Source: Eledone cirrhosa (lineage: Eukaryota). Taken from it: 64,000 bases of DNA. Made by a program: the position numbers and the translations under genes. The notes under the pieces are model-generated. The model did no database searches, had not been told where the DNA came from, and saw only the letters and a list, made by a program, of their open reading frames with translations. Where the stretch lies: positions 109,740,001-109,804,000 of the forward strand of contig OZ024744.1 of assembly GCA_964016885.1 (NCBI GenBank), written 5' to 3'. This document shows, piece by piece, positions 1 through 17,300 of the stretch; position 1 is the stretch's first letter, and every line of letters begins with the position of its first letter.

Positions 1-3000
1 CTTGAGAAATAATATCAGACTGAACAAATAGAGGGACCTAGAGAAATAATATCAGACTGAACCAATAGAGGGAACTAGAGAAATAATATCAGACTGAACC
101 AATAGAGGGGACTAGAGAAATAATATCAGACTGAACCAATACAGGGAACTTGAGAAGTATTATCAGACTGAACCAATACAGGGAACTAGAGAAATAATAT
201 CAGACTGAACCAATACAGGGAACTAGAGAAATAATATCAACTGAACCAATAGAGGGAACTAGAGAAATAATATCAGACTGAACCAATACAGGGAACTAGA
301 GAAATAATATCAGACTGAACCAATACAGGGAACTAGAGAAATAATATCAGACTGAACCAATACAGGGAACTAGAGAAATAATATTAGACTGAACCAATAG
401 AGGGAACTAGAGAAATAATATCAGACTGAACCAATACAAGGAACTAGAGAAATAATATCAGTCTGAACCAATACAGGGAACTAGAGAAATAATATCAGAC
501 TGAACCAATAGAGGGAACTAGAGAAATAATATCAGACTCAACCAATAGAGGGAACTAGAGAAATAATATCAGACTGAACAAATACAGGGAACTAGAGAAA
601 TAATATCAGACTGAACCAATAGAGGGACCTAGAGAAATAATATCAGACTGAACCAATAGAGGGAACTAGAGAAATAATATCAGACTGAACCAATAGAGGG
701 GACTAGAGAAATAATATCAGACTGAACCAACAGAGGGAACTAGAGAAATAATATCAGGCTGAACCAACAGAGGGAACTAGAGAAATAATATCAGACTGAA
801 CCAATACAGGGAACTAGAGAAATATTATCAGACTGAACCAATACAGGGAACTAGAGAAATAATATCAGACTGAACCAATACAGGGAACTTGAGAAATAAT
901 ATCAGACTGAACCAATACAGGGAACTAGAGAAATAATATCAGACTGAACCAATACAGGGAACTAGAGAAATAATATCAGACTGAACCAATACAGGGAACT
1001 TGAGAAATAATATCAGGCTGAACCAATAGAGGGAACAAGAGAAATAATATCAGACTGAACCAATACAGGGAACTAGAGAAATAATATTAGACTGAACCAA
1101 TACAGGGAACTAGAGAAATAATATCAGACTGAACTAATACAGGGAACTAGAGAAATAATATCAGACTGAACCAATACAGGGAACTAGAGAAATAATATCA
1201 CACTGAACCAATAGAGGGAACAAGAGAAATAATATCAGACTGAACCAATACAGGGAACTAGAGAAATAATATTAGACTGAACCAATACAGGGAACTAGAG
1301 AAATAATATCAGACTGAACCAATAGAGGGAACAAGAGAAATAATATCAGACTGAACCAATACAGGGAACTAGAGAAATAATATCAGACTGAACCAATACA
1401 GGGAACTAGAGAAATAATATCAGACTGAACCAATACAGGGAACTAGAGAAATAATATCAGACTGAAACAATACAGGGAACTAGAGAAATAATATCAGACT
1501 GAACCAATACAGGGAACTAGAGAAATAATATCAGACTGAACCAATACAAGGAACTAGAGAAATAATATCAGACTGAACCAATACAGGGAACTAGAGAAAT
1601 AATATCAGACTGAACAAATAGAGGGAACTTGAGAAATAATATCAGACTGAACCAATACAGGGAACTAGAGAAATAATATCAGACTGAACCAATAGAGGGA
1701 ACTAGAGAAATAATATCAGACTGAACCAATACAGGGAACTAGAGAAATAATATCAGACTGAACAAATAGAGGGAACTTGAGAAATAATATCAGACTGAAC
1801 CAATACAAGGAACTAGAGAAATAATATCAGACTGAACCAATACAGGGAACTAGAGAAGTAATATCAGACTGAACCAATACAAGGAACTAGAGAAATAATA
1901 TCAGACTGAACCAATACAAGGAACTAGAGAAATAATATCAGACTGAACCAATAGAGGGAACTTTAGAAATAATATCAGGCTGAACCAATAGAGGGAACTA
2001 CAGAAATAATATCAGACTGAACCAATACAGAAAACTAGAGAAATAATATCAGACTGAACAAATAGAGGGAACTTGAGAAATAATATCAGACTGAACCAAT
2101 AGAGGGAACTAGAGAAATAATATCAGACTGAACCAATACAGGGAACTAGAGAAATAATATCAGACTGAACCAATACAGGGAACTAGAGAAATAATATCAG
2201 ACTGAACCAATACAGGGAACTAGAGAAATAATATCAGACTGAACCAATACAGGGAACTAGAGAAATAATATCAGACTGAACCAATACAGGGAACTAGAGA
2301 AATAATATCAGACTGAACCAATAGAGGGAACTAGAGAAATAATATCAGACTGAACCAATACAGGGAACTAGAGAAATAATATCAGACTGAACCAATACAG
2401 GGAACTAGAGAAATAATATCAGACTGAACCAATACAAGGAACTAGAGAAATAATATCAGACTGAACCAATACAGGGAACTAGAGAAATAATATCAGACTG
2501 AACCAATAGAGGGAACTAGAGAAATAATATCAGACTGAACAAATAGAGGGAACTAGAGAAATATTATCAGACTGAACCAATACAGGGAACTAGAGAAATA
2601 ATATCAGACTGAACCAATACAAGGAACTAGAGAAATAATATCAGACTGAACCAATACAAGGAACTAGAGAAATAATATCAGACTGAACCAATATAGGGAA
2701 CTAGAGAAATAATATCAGACTGAACCAATACAAGGAACTAGAGAAATAATATCAGACTGAACCAATACAAGGAACTTGAGAAATAATATCCGACTGAACC
2801 AATAGAGGGAACTAGAGAAATATTATCAGACTGAACCAATACAGGGAACTAGAGAAATAATATCACACTGAACCAATACAGGGAACTAGAGAAATAATAT
2901 CACACTGAACCAATACAGGGAACTAGAGAAATAATATCAGACTGAACCAATACAGGGAACTAGAGAAATAATATCAGACTGAACAAATACAGGGGACTAG

Positions 3001-6000
3001 AGAAATAATATCACACTGAACCAATACAAGGAACTAGAGAAATAATATCAGACTGAACCAATACAGGGAACTAGAGAAATAATATCAGACTGAACCAATA
3101 TAGGGAACTAGAGAAATAATATCAGACTGAACCAACAGAGGGAACTTGAGAAATAATATCAGACTGAACCAATACAGGGAACTAGAGAAATAATATCAGA
3201 CTGAACCAATAGAGGGAACTTGAGAAATAATATCAGACTGAACCAATACAGGGAACTAGAGAAATAATATCAGACTGAACAAATAGAGGGAACTAGAGAA
3301 ATAATATCAGACTGAACAAATAGAGGGAACTTGAGAAATAATATCAGACTGAACAAATAGAGGGAACTTGAGAAATAATATCAGACTGAACAAATAGAGG
3401 GAACTAGAGAAATAATATCAGACTGAACCAATACAGGGAACTAGAGAAATAATATCAGACTGAACCAATACAGGGAATTAGAGAAATAATATCAGACTGA
3501 ACCAACAGAGGGAACTTGAGAAATAATATCAGACTGAACCAATACAGGGAACTAGAGAAATAATATCAGACTGAACCAATAGAGGGAACTTGAGAAATAA
3601 TATCAGACTGAACCAATACAGGGAACTAGAGAAATAATATCAGACTGAACAAATAGAGGGAACTTGAGAAATAATATCAGACTGAACAAATAGAGGGAAC
3701 TTGAGAAATAATATCAGACTGAACAAATAGAGGGAACTAGAGAAATAATATCAGACTGAACAAATAGAGGGAACCTGAGAAATAATATCAGACTGAACAA
3801 ATAGAGGGAACTTGAGAAATAATATCAGACTGAACAAATAGAGGGAACTAGAGAAATAATATCAGACTGAACCAATACAGGGAACTAGAGAAATAATATC
3901 AGACTGAACAAATACAGGGAACTAGAGAAATAATATCAGACTGAACCAATACAGGGGACTAGAGAAATAATATCAGACTGAACAAATAGAGGGAACTAGA
4001 GAAATAATATCAGACTGAACAAATAGAGGGAACTTGAGAAATAATATCAGACTGAACAAATAGAGGGAACTAGAGAAATAATATCAGACTGACCCAATAC
4101 AGGGAACTAGAGAAATAATATCAGACTGAACAAATACAGGGAACTAGAGAAATAATATCAGACTGAACCAATACAGGGGACTAGAGAAATAATATCAGAC
4201 TGAACAAATAGAGGGAACTAGAGAAATAATATCAGACTGAACCAATAGAGGGAACTAGAGAAATAATATCAGACCGAACCAGTAGAGGGAACTAGAGAAA
4301 TAATATCAGACTGAACCAATACAGGGAACTAGAGAAATAATATCAGACTGAACCAATAGAGGGAACTAGAGAAATAATATCAGACTGAACCAATAGAGGG
4401 AACTAGAGAAATAATATCAGACTGAACCAATACAGGGAACTTGAGAAATAATATCAGACTGAACCAATACAGGGAACTTGAGAAATAATATCAGACTGAA
4501 CCAATACAGGGAACTAGAGAAATAATATCAGACTGAACAAATAGAGGGAACTAGAGAAATAATATCAGACTGAACAAATAGAGGGAACTAGAGAAATAAT
4601 ATCAGATTGAACCAATACAGGGAACTAGAGAAATAATATCATACTGAACCAATACAGGGAACTAGAGAAATAATATCAGACTGAACCAATACAGGGAACT
4701 AGAGAAATAATATCAGACTGAACCAATACAAGGAACTACAGAAATAATATCAGACTGAACCAATACAGGGAACTAGAGAAATAATATCAGACTGAACCAA
4801 TACAGGGAACTAGAGAAATAATATCAGACTGAACCAATACAGGGAACTAGAGAAATAATATCAGACTGAACCAATAGAGGGAACTTGAGAAATAATATCA
4901 GACTGAACCAATACAGGGAACTAGAGAAATAATATCAGACTGAACAAATTAGAGGGAACTTGAGAAATAATATCAGACTGAACAAATAGAGGGAACTTGA
5001 GAGATAATATCAGACTGAACAAATAGAGGGAACTAGAGAAATAATATCAGACTGAACAAATAGAGGGAACTTGAGAAATAATATCAGACTGAACAAATAG
5101 AGGGAACTTGAGAAATAATGTCAGACTGAACAAATAGAGGGAACTAGAGAAATAATATCAGACTGAACCAATACAGGGAACTAGAGAAATAATATCAGAC
5201 TGAACAAATACAGGGAACTAGAGAAATAATATCAGACTGAACCAATACAGGGGACTAGAGAAATAATATCAGACTGAACAAATAGAGGGAACTAGAGAAA
5301 TAATATCAGACTGAACAAATAGAGGGAACTTGAGAAATAATATCAGACTGAACAAATAGAGGGAACTAGAGAAATAATATCAGACTGAACCAATACAGGG
5401 AACTAGAGAAATAATATCAGACTGAACAAATAGAGGGAACTAGAGAAATAATATCAGACTGAACCAATAGAGGGAACTAGAGAAATAATATCAGACTGAA
5501 CCAGTAGAGGGAACTAGAGAAATAATATCAGACTGGACCAATACAGGGAACTAGAGAAATAATATCAGACTGAACCAATAGAGGGAACTAGAGAAATAAT
5601 ATCAGACTGAACCAATAGAGGGAACTAGAGAAATAATATCAGACTGAACCAATACAGGGAACTTGAGAAATAATATCAGACTGAACCAATACAGGGAACT
5701 AGAGAAATAATATCAGACTGAACCAATATAGGGAACTAGAGAAATAATATCAGACTGAACAAATAGAGGGAACTAGAGAAATAATATCAGACTGAACAAA
5801 TAGAGGGAACTAGAGAAATAATATCAGATTGAACCAATACAGGGAACTAGAGAAATAATATCAGACTGAACCTATACAGGGGACTAGAGAAATAATATCA
5901 GACTGAGCAAATAGAGGGAACTAGAGAAATAATATCAGACTGAACAAATAGAGGGAACTAGAGAAATAATATCAGACTGAACCAATACAGGGAACTAGAA

Positions 6001-8428
6001 AAATAATATCAGACTGAACCAATACAGGGAACTAGAGAAATAATATCACACTGAACTAATACAGGGAACTAGAGAAATAATATCAGACTGAACAAATAGA
6101 GGGAACTAGAGAAATAATATCAGACTGAACCAATACAGGGAACTAGAGAAATAATATCAGACTGAACCAATACAGGGAACTAGAGAAATAATATCAGACT
6201 GAACCAATACAGGGAACTAGAGAAATAATATCAGGCTGAACCAATAGAGGGAACTAGAGAAATAATATCAGACTGAACCAATAGAGGGAACTAGAGAAAT
6301 AATATCAGACTGAACCAATACAGGGGACTAGAGAAATAATATCAGACTGAACCAATATAGGGAACTAGAGAAATAATATCAGACTGAACCAATAGAGGGA
6401 ACTAGAGAAATAATATCAGACTGAACCAATACAGGGGACTAGAGAAATAATATCAGACTGAACCAATACAGGGAACTAGACAAATAATATCAGACTGAAC
6501 CAATACAGGGAACTAGAGAAATAATATCAGACTGAACCAATAGAGGGAACTAGAGAAATAATATCAGACTGAACCAATAGAGGGAACTAGAGAAATAATA
6601 TCAGACTGAACCAATACAGGGAACTAGAGAAATAATATCAGACTGAACCAATACAGGGAACTAGAGAAATAATATCAGACTGAACCAATACAGGGAACTA
6701 GAGAAATAATATCAGACTGAACCAATACAGGGACTAGAGAAATAATATCAGACTGAACCAATACAGGGAACTAGAGAAATAATATCAGAATGAACCAATA
6801 GAGGGAACTAGAGAAATAATATCAGACTGAACCAATACAGGGAACTAGAGAAATAATATCAGACTGAACCAATACAGGGAACTAGAGAAATAATATCAGA
6901 CTGAACTAATACAGGGAACTAGAGAAACAATATCAGACTGAACCAATACAGGGAACTAGAGAAATAATATCAGACTGAACCAATACAGGGGACTAGAGAA
7001 ATAATATCAGACTGAACAAATACAGGGAACTAGAGAAATAATATCAGACTGAACAAATAGAGGGAACTAGAGAAATAATATCAGACTGAACCAATACAGG
7101 GAACTAGAGAAATAATATCAGACTGAACCAATACAGGGAACTAGAGAAATAATATCAGACTGAACCAATACAGGGAACTAGAGAAATAATATCAGGCTGA
7201 ACCAATAGAGGGAACTAGAGAAATAATATCAGACTGAACCAATAGAGGGAACTAGAGAAATAATATCAGACTGAACCAATACAGGGGACTAGAGAAATAA
7301 TATCAGACTGAACCAATATAGGGAACTAGAGAAATAATATCAGACTGAACCAATAGAGGGAACTAGAGAAATAATATCAGACTGAACCAATACAGGGGAC
7401 TAGAGAAATAATATCAGACTGAACCAATACAGGGAACTAGACAAATAATATCAGACTGAACCAATACAGGGAACTAGAGAAATAATATCAGACTGAACCA
7501 ATAGAGGGAACTAGAGAAATAATATCAGACTGAACCAATAGAGGGAACTAGAGAAATAATATCAGACTGAACCAATACAGGGAACTAGAGAAATAATATC
7601 AGACTGAACCAATACAGGGAACTAGAGAAATAATATCAGACTGAACCAATACAGGGAACTAGAGAAATAATATCAGACTGAACCAATACAGGGACTAGAG
7701 AAATAATATCAGACTGAACCAATACAGGGAACTAGAGAAATAATATCAGACTGAACCAATAGAGGGAACTAGAGAAATAATATCAGACTGAACCAATACA
7801 GGGAACTAGAGAAATAATATCAGACTGAACCAATACAGGGAACTAGAGAAATAATATCAGACTGAACTAATACAGGGAACTAGAGAAACAATATCAGACT
7901 GAACCAATACAGGGAACTAGAGAAATAATATCAGACTGAACCAATACAAGGAACTAGAGAAATAATATCAGACTGAACCAATACAGGGGACTAGAGAAAT
8001 AATATCAGACTGAACAAATACAGGGAACTAGAGAAATAATATCAGACTGAACCAATACAGGGAACTAGAGAAATAGTATCAGACTGAACTAATACAGGGA
8101 ACTAGAGAAACAATATCAGACTGATCCAATACAGGGAACTAGAGAAATAATATCAGACTGAACCAATACAGGGAACTAGAGAAATAATATCAGACTGAAC
8201 CAATACAAGGAACTAGAGAAATAATATCAGACTGAACCAATAGAGGGAACTAGAGAAATAATATCAGACTGAACAAATACAGGGAACTAGAGATATAATA
8301 TCAGACTGAACCAATACAGGGAACTAGAGAAATAATATCAGACTGAACCAATACAAGGAACTAGAGAAATAATATCAGACTGAACCAATACAAGGAACTA
8401 GAGAAATAATATCAGACTGAACCAATAT
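1..8428. repeat. 37-bp tandem satellite (GACTGAACCAATACAGGGAACTAGAGAAATAATATCA), ~228 copies, runs off the left edge
   Basis: Unit read directly; period 37 (e.g. positions 18 and 55); mostly point variants, no spacers. Confidence 0.98.
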
Positions 8429-8579
8429 ACAAAACAAAAGTTTAAAGAACAGAATAAGGAAATACACAACGATTACAAAGATTACTATAAACATAATACT
8501 AATAGGAGGTATAATATAGAGGAACCCTACCTTAATAACAGTGTTTTAGAGGTACAGGGGCACGAGATGTCTCAAAGTC

Positions 8580-8920
8580 ATGAAAAACTGAAGATAATCA
8601 ACCTCTCACAAAAAAACACTAACACCCACACAAATAGATATCCTAAACAAAAGATTAAAATTTAAACCCTCACTTCATACACCTAATATAGCAGAAATTA
8701 AAGATATTTCGGACTTCTGTAGAAGACTCAGACAGATAGTGAAAAATCACTAGTAAAAATAAAAAGAGAATTGCAACCCCCAAGAACCAGAACTGCAGCC
8801 CTGGATGAATTCTATGACCACATCTCAACTTCCCAATTGTTAACCTGAAAACGTCACAAACAAAGTCAAACTTCAGCAGATATCAATGGAAACAACTAAA
8901 CAACCTAAAACTGGATAAAT
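8580..8920 (+). pseudogene. Decayed N-terminal region of a Penelope-like ORF
   Basis: Manual translation with frameshifts: KIINLSQK-TLTPTQIDILNKRLKFKP..IKDISDFCRRLR..PPRTRTAALDEFYDHL, matching the PLE NLS..L.KGLKF.P motif. Confidence 0.6.
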
Positions 8921-9016
8921 ATATCTATACTAAATAAAGGGAGGAGTGCGGGACGGCATCCGTTTTATATCTTTTAATCTAGTTAGTAAAATAAGTTGGA
9001 TTACTTTGAATAAATA

Positions 9017-9158
9017 ATTGTTTCTACTTTAGGCACAAGACCAGCAATTACCCAGTGCATTACTGGTACTTTATTTTATCGACCCCCGTAAGGATGAAAG
9101 ACAAAGTCAACCTCAGCGAGATTTGAACTCAGATCGTAAAGGGACGTAACTATGCTGG
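9017..9158 (-). mobile_element. tRNA-derived SINE, 5'-truncated
   Basis: Reverse complement of the copy at 49370-49557, with B box GAGTTCAAATC. Confidence 0.8.
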
Positions 9159-9698
9159 AAATAATGAATGATTATTACATAATTTATGTACTAAATCTCG
9201 TAACTCTTGATAAATATAAATAATTTTATTGTTTATTTATTTAAAATTGACTTCTTTTAAAAGTTTAAAATTTCTGCACTTCTGGTATATCGCCGCCACC
9301 ACCACCACCACTTCAACTACCATATATATATAGACAGAGTGAGAAAGAGAGTGTGTGATGAGAGAGATACAGATAGAGAGGATGGGATTCCAACCGTGAC
9401 CATCTCCACTGAAAGTTTTCATGAAATAGTCTTTAAGACTATACAGAGCATTTGAAGTTTTTCCAAATTGAAGGATGAGTATTTTAAACTTTATTTTATC
9501 ATGAGTTAAGGCTCTATTGATTTTTCCCTGGATTTCACTAAATTCTGTGGATGAATTTATATCCTGATTCTTTTTGAGATGAGTTTGAATTATTTTTCCC
9601 ACATCTTACGTTAACTATTTTTCCCATTTTGACGCTATAGTCACTTATATATTATGGAATACTGTTGGCTTCTTGCTACAAGACTTTCTATACCTTTC

Positions 9699-9750
<52 letters not shown>

Positions 9751-9859
9751 GTGTGTGTGCCATGTTGTCAATCAAATACAAAGGGGGAAGTTTACATGCA
9801 ATAAAAAACGTGTAAAATATTATCACAAATGTAATTTAAAAGTTAATCGTTTATATATA

Positions 9860-10226
9860 TATGAATAAATTTAGTCCTTCATCAGTGATCTTCCAGCCTT
9901 CATTGGTATTTCATCGCTTTAAAGACCATATACCTCTGGTTGGTGCGAGCAACGGCTAAAGAAAGTCGTTGGGACACGTAAATAGGGGGAACCATTTAGG
10001 AGGAGCGAGCGAGACAGTAAACACACCTTTGTTTGTTTACTGTCTCGCTCGTTCCCCCTATTTACGTGTCCCAATGACTTTCTTTAGCCGTTGCTCGCAC
10101 CAACCAGAGTTATATGGTCTTTAAAGCGATGAAATACCAATGAAGGCTGGAAGATCACTGATGAAGGACTAAATTTATTCATACGTAACCCATTTGCAAC
10201 CACGCAGCATGCCATGTTTTCATATT

Positions 10227-10232
<6 letters not shown>
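9860..10232. mobile_element. Fold-back insertion in (TA)n: ~150-bp arms plus ~50-bp tail
   Basis: 9860-10022 is a near-perfect reverse complement of 10035-10183; flanked by TA repeats. Confidence 0.8.
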
Positions 10233-10275
<43 letters not shown>

Positions 10276-10341
10276 AGGGTGTTAAAGTTTGCTTGAAACA
10301 TTGTGAAATGTGTAAAATACGTAGTTTAGAAAGCCACAACA

Positions 10342-11805
10342 ATGCAGAGGGAAATCTCGAGGTTAAACCTGGTTAAAACACATAAACAAGGACCCGATTT
10401 GAAAATCAGGCCCATTGTCTCTAGCGTGGAGGGCCCACTCTACAAAATATCGTGGCTGCTCTCCACACTACTGAAACCCATTCTACACACACTACCAGCC
10501 CACGTCTGCAGTTCAAAGGAGGTCTTGGAGCGACTACACCATCTGGCGCCCAGCACCAGAAAGGACAACGGTTATGCCTTCAGTCTTGATGTGGTCGCCC
10601 TTTATACCTCCGTACCAGCATCCCCAGCCGTCAACCTGTTGACCGAACGAGTCCGAGCATCTAACTTACACTGCTTCGGACTCACACACACGGACATCCA
10701 CCAACTCCTCTCCTTCGTTGTGGATAATGCACTCTTCAATTTCCTCGGCCACACGTACAAACAAATCTCTGGGCTACCTATGGGCTCTAGTCTGTCCGGC
10801 ATACTTGCGATCTCGTACATGGACCACCTGGAACGCAAGGCACTCAACACCTGCCAACCCAACGCCGTCGCCTTCTACTCCAGATACGTTGATGACATCC
10901 TGATACTTACTTCTTCCCGGGAGATGGCGAATGAAATTCACCAAATCTTCAACGATACTGACCATCACGTCGATTTCACCATCGAACACCCAGGAGAAGA
11001 CGGGTCACTCCCCCTCCTCGACTTCCGTATCAACATCTCGGAAGAAGGAGACATAAACACCACCTTCTACCGCAAAGCAGCGTGCAAGGACTTATTTGTG
11101 CATTACAACTCAGCCCTCCCCAACAACGCTAAGAGAGGCTATGTCCTAAATGAACTGACACGGATCACTAACAGATGCAGCGACCCGATGGGTGGTCTCA
11201 CCCATACCACGCAATTCCGTAATCTACTCAGGTCTAATGGTTATCCCAAGCGACTGATTAACGGAATTAGAGACCCCAGACCCAATAGACAGACACCCAC
11301 TAGAAACTCAAATAAAAGCAGGTGCTTCTTTAAAATCCCCCACCTGAGTGAATATACCACGAACGCCATCCGCAGGGCCATACGGACGGAGGGACTTGAC
11401 ATACATTTGGCCCACACAGGACCTTCGCTGCGAAGATGCCTCTCCAACAAACCCGACGAGTCAGATGGGACGTGTTCCCTCAGCAACTGCCCGATACGGG
11501 GGGCAGATTGCCTACGCACCTATGTCGTATATAAGATTCAATGCGATAAATGTAACAAGTTTTACATAGGTAGCACCATCCGACCCCTACATGTTCGTAT
11601 CAAGGAACATATCAACACCAACGCATCTTCCTTCCGTAAACACATCCTTAAATGCGGAAACCCACAGGGTAGACCCTTGGTCACAGTCCTAGCGACTGAA
11701 CGCAGCATCGGATCCTTAAGGATAAAGGAAGCACTTGTTATTAAGAACCTCAGACCCCCACTTAACAACCGGGCTGAGAGAAATGAGCTGACATGTCTAA
11801 CTTAA
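10342..11805 (+). CDS. Penelope-like retroelement RT + GIY-YIG endonuclease, 5'-truncated but open frame
   Basis: KTHK..RPIVS, SLDVVALYTSVP, GLPMGSSLS, RYVDD, LPLLDF, Cys linker CSLSNCP..C, VVYKIQC..C..FYIGST.R.L..RIKEH. Homology begins near 10369, so the ATG is probably flank-derived. Confidence 0.93.
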   Translation: MQREISRLNLVKTHKQGPDLKIRPIVSSVEGPLYKISWLLSTLLKPILHTLPAHVCSSKEVLERLHHLAPSTRKDNGYAFSLDVVALYTSVPASPAVNLLTERVRASNLHCFGLTHTDIHQLLSFVVDNALFNFLGHTYKQISGLPMGSSLSGILAISYMDHLERKALNTCQPNAVAFYSRYVDDILILTSSREMANEIHQIFNDTDHHVDFTIEHPGEDGSLPLLDFRINISEEGDINTTFYRKAACKDLFVHYNSALPNNAKRGYVLNELTRITNRCSDPMGGLTHTTQFRNLLRSNGYPKRLINGIRDPRPNRQTPTRNSNKSRCFFKIPHLSEYTTNAIRRAIRTEGLDIHLAHTGPSLRRCLSNKPDESDGTCSLSNCPIRGADCLRTYVVYKIQCDKCNKFYIGSTIRPLHVRIKEHINTNASSFRKHILKCGNPQGRPLVTVLATERSIGSLRIKEALVIKNLRPPLNNRAERNELTCLT

Positions 11806-12594
11806 CCATAGTGACCATTCACAGCCCTTACGGCCTGCTATTTTCACACACACGCACGTATATGCATACCCATACGCATACACACACACATCTATATTTA
11901 TACACGCACACATGTTTTTACAACCTACCACCTTTCACACCCTTTGATTTCCAGCTTCTACAGCCCACTATCCTTCACACACACACGCACTCACACATAC
12001 ACACACACAGTTACACACACATGTATACCCATACGCTTACACACACACATGTTTATACACGCACACATGTTTTACAACCTACCACCTTTCACACCCTTTG
12101 ATTTCCAGCTTCTACAGCCCACTATCTTCCACACACACACACTCTCACACATATACACACTTACACATATACACACACAGTTACACACACATATATATTT
12201 ACACACACATATTTTACGGCTTTCACACGCTAGCGCACCCTCTTGATTTAACCCATTTGGTCAGTAGCTTTTGCCACAGCCTATCACGCGCACGCGCATT
12301 CTTTCCCTCATTTAAATTTTAAATAATTTTTCTCCCCATAACGGCATTCCTGTTTTAACGACATCACAACTTTCTCCGCTTAGCCTGTCCCCCCCCCCCC
12401 CTTTGGAACTTTCCCCCGTTGATGGGCGTGAGCCCGAAATATTGGGATTAAATCTCCACTACGGTAACCCTTCTACCTTTGTTTTGTTTTCATCTTTGTC
12501 TCTCTCTATTTTCACTTTCTCCTATTTCTCTTATCTATCATTCACTTCCTACCTCGAGATTTCCCTCTGCATTGTTGTGGCTTTCTAAACTACG

Positions 12595-12597
<3 letters not shown>
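11806..12597 (+). mobile_element. 3' UTR/pseudo-LTR of the PLE: CA-rich tandem duplication and pyrimidine tail ending in (TA)n
   Basis: Follows the stop codon; internal direct repeat (~11900-12000 and ~12055-12150). Confidence 0.65.
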
Positions 12598-12651
<54 letters not shown>

Positions 12652-13046
12652 TAGCTCTGGTTTATCCAAACTATTGAGCCCTTTGCCACACATTTCGAAG
12701 ATTGTGTTTCGTTATTTCGTGGGCCGAAATTCCGATTCTCGAATTTATTTGTATTTATCTTATATATTATGGAATACTGTTGGCTTTTCGCTACAATGTT
12801 TTCCATACCTTTCATTTATATATATATGTGTGAGAAAAACCACAGACCCTCCATCTCAACTCACCTTATGAAAAGCAGAAGTACTGCGAAACCGGTAAAG
12901 GAACCAAATAAATATATATATTTTAAAAAAAAATAAATAAATAAAAATAAGACTCCAGTTGCATTTTCGATTTCATCTCTTTTTCTTTATACTTTCACTC
13001 GGGTAGGAGACCTCGGTTATTTTTCATTTTGTAAAAAAAACCTCAC

Positions 13047-13120
<74 letters not shown>

Positions 13121-13123
<3 letters not shown>

Positions 13124-13312
13124 AACGAGTAGGACTCCGACGGCTGAGCTCAAGCCGTTTCGACGGCTATTTCTGGACTCACAATTAGCCGTCGAAACGG
13201 CTTGAGCTCAGCCGTCGGGGTCCTACTCGTTCCTATTACCCACTCTACTACCCTAAGTATTGAGTACTTTGGTGCGTTACGGTCCATCTGGTTCCTTACC
13301 ACATTTCCTTCG

Positions 13313-13314
<2 letters not shown>
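13121..13314 (+). mobile_element. Fold-back mini-element holding the 3' half of an HHR; same family as 37470-37675
   Basis: Arms 13121-13169 and 13186-13235; GAAA-CGGC-TTGAGCTCA-GCCG-TC; shared tail CCCACTCTACTACCCTAAGTATTGAGT. Confidence 0.75.
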
Positions 13315-16967
<3,653 letters not shown>

Positions 16968-17261
16968 TGAAGAGATTAGGATTTTTTTAACATGCTGACG
17001 CGTAGGTGTATGTGTGTGCGTGTGTGTATGTGTACATACATACATTTATATGTACGAGTATATAACTGTAATCGTGCAAACACAGACAAACTTACAAAAA
17101 TACACGCTCACGGACATAAATTCACACAAATACACATACTTTCACACAAGCACATACATACATTCACACATATACATTTACACAAACACACACATACAGT
17201 CATGATAGCAGCGTTCGATAAATTGAAAATGGGAGGGTAAAATTAAGTACAACTTTTTATT

Positions 17262-17293
<32 letters not shown>

Positions 17294-17300
17294 ATATATA

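Noticed and set aside
1-8428. CRISPR-like 37-bp repeat
   Set aside because: Head-to-tail units without unique spacers, no cas genes, eukaryotic context.
9237-9602. 121-aa minus-strand ORF
   Set aside because: Crosses simple repeats; possibly a TE remnant, but no motif I can support.
10150-10200. CTGATGA as an HHR core
   Set aside because: No downstream stem II closure or GAAA.
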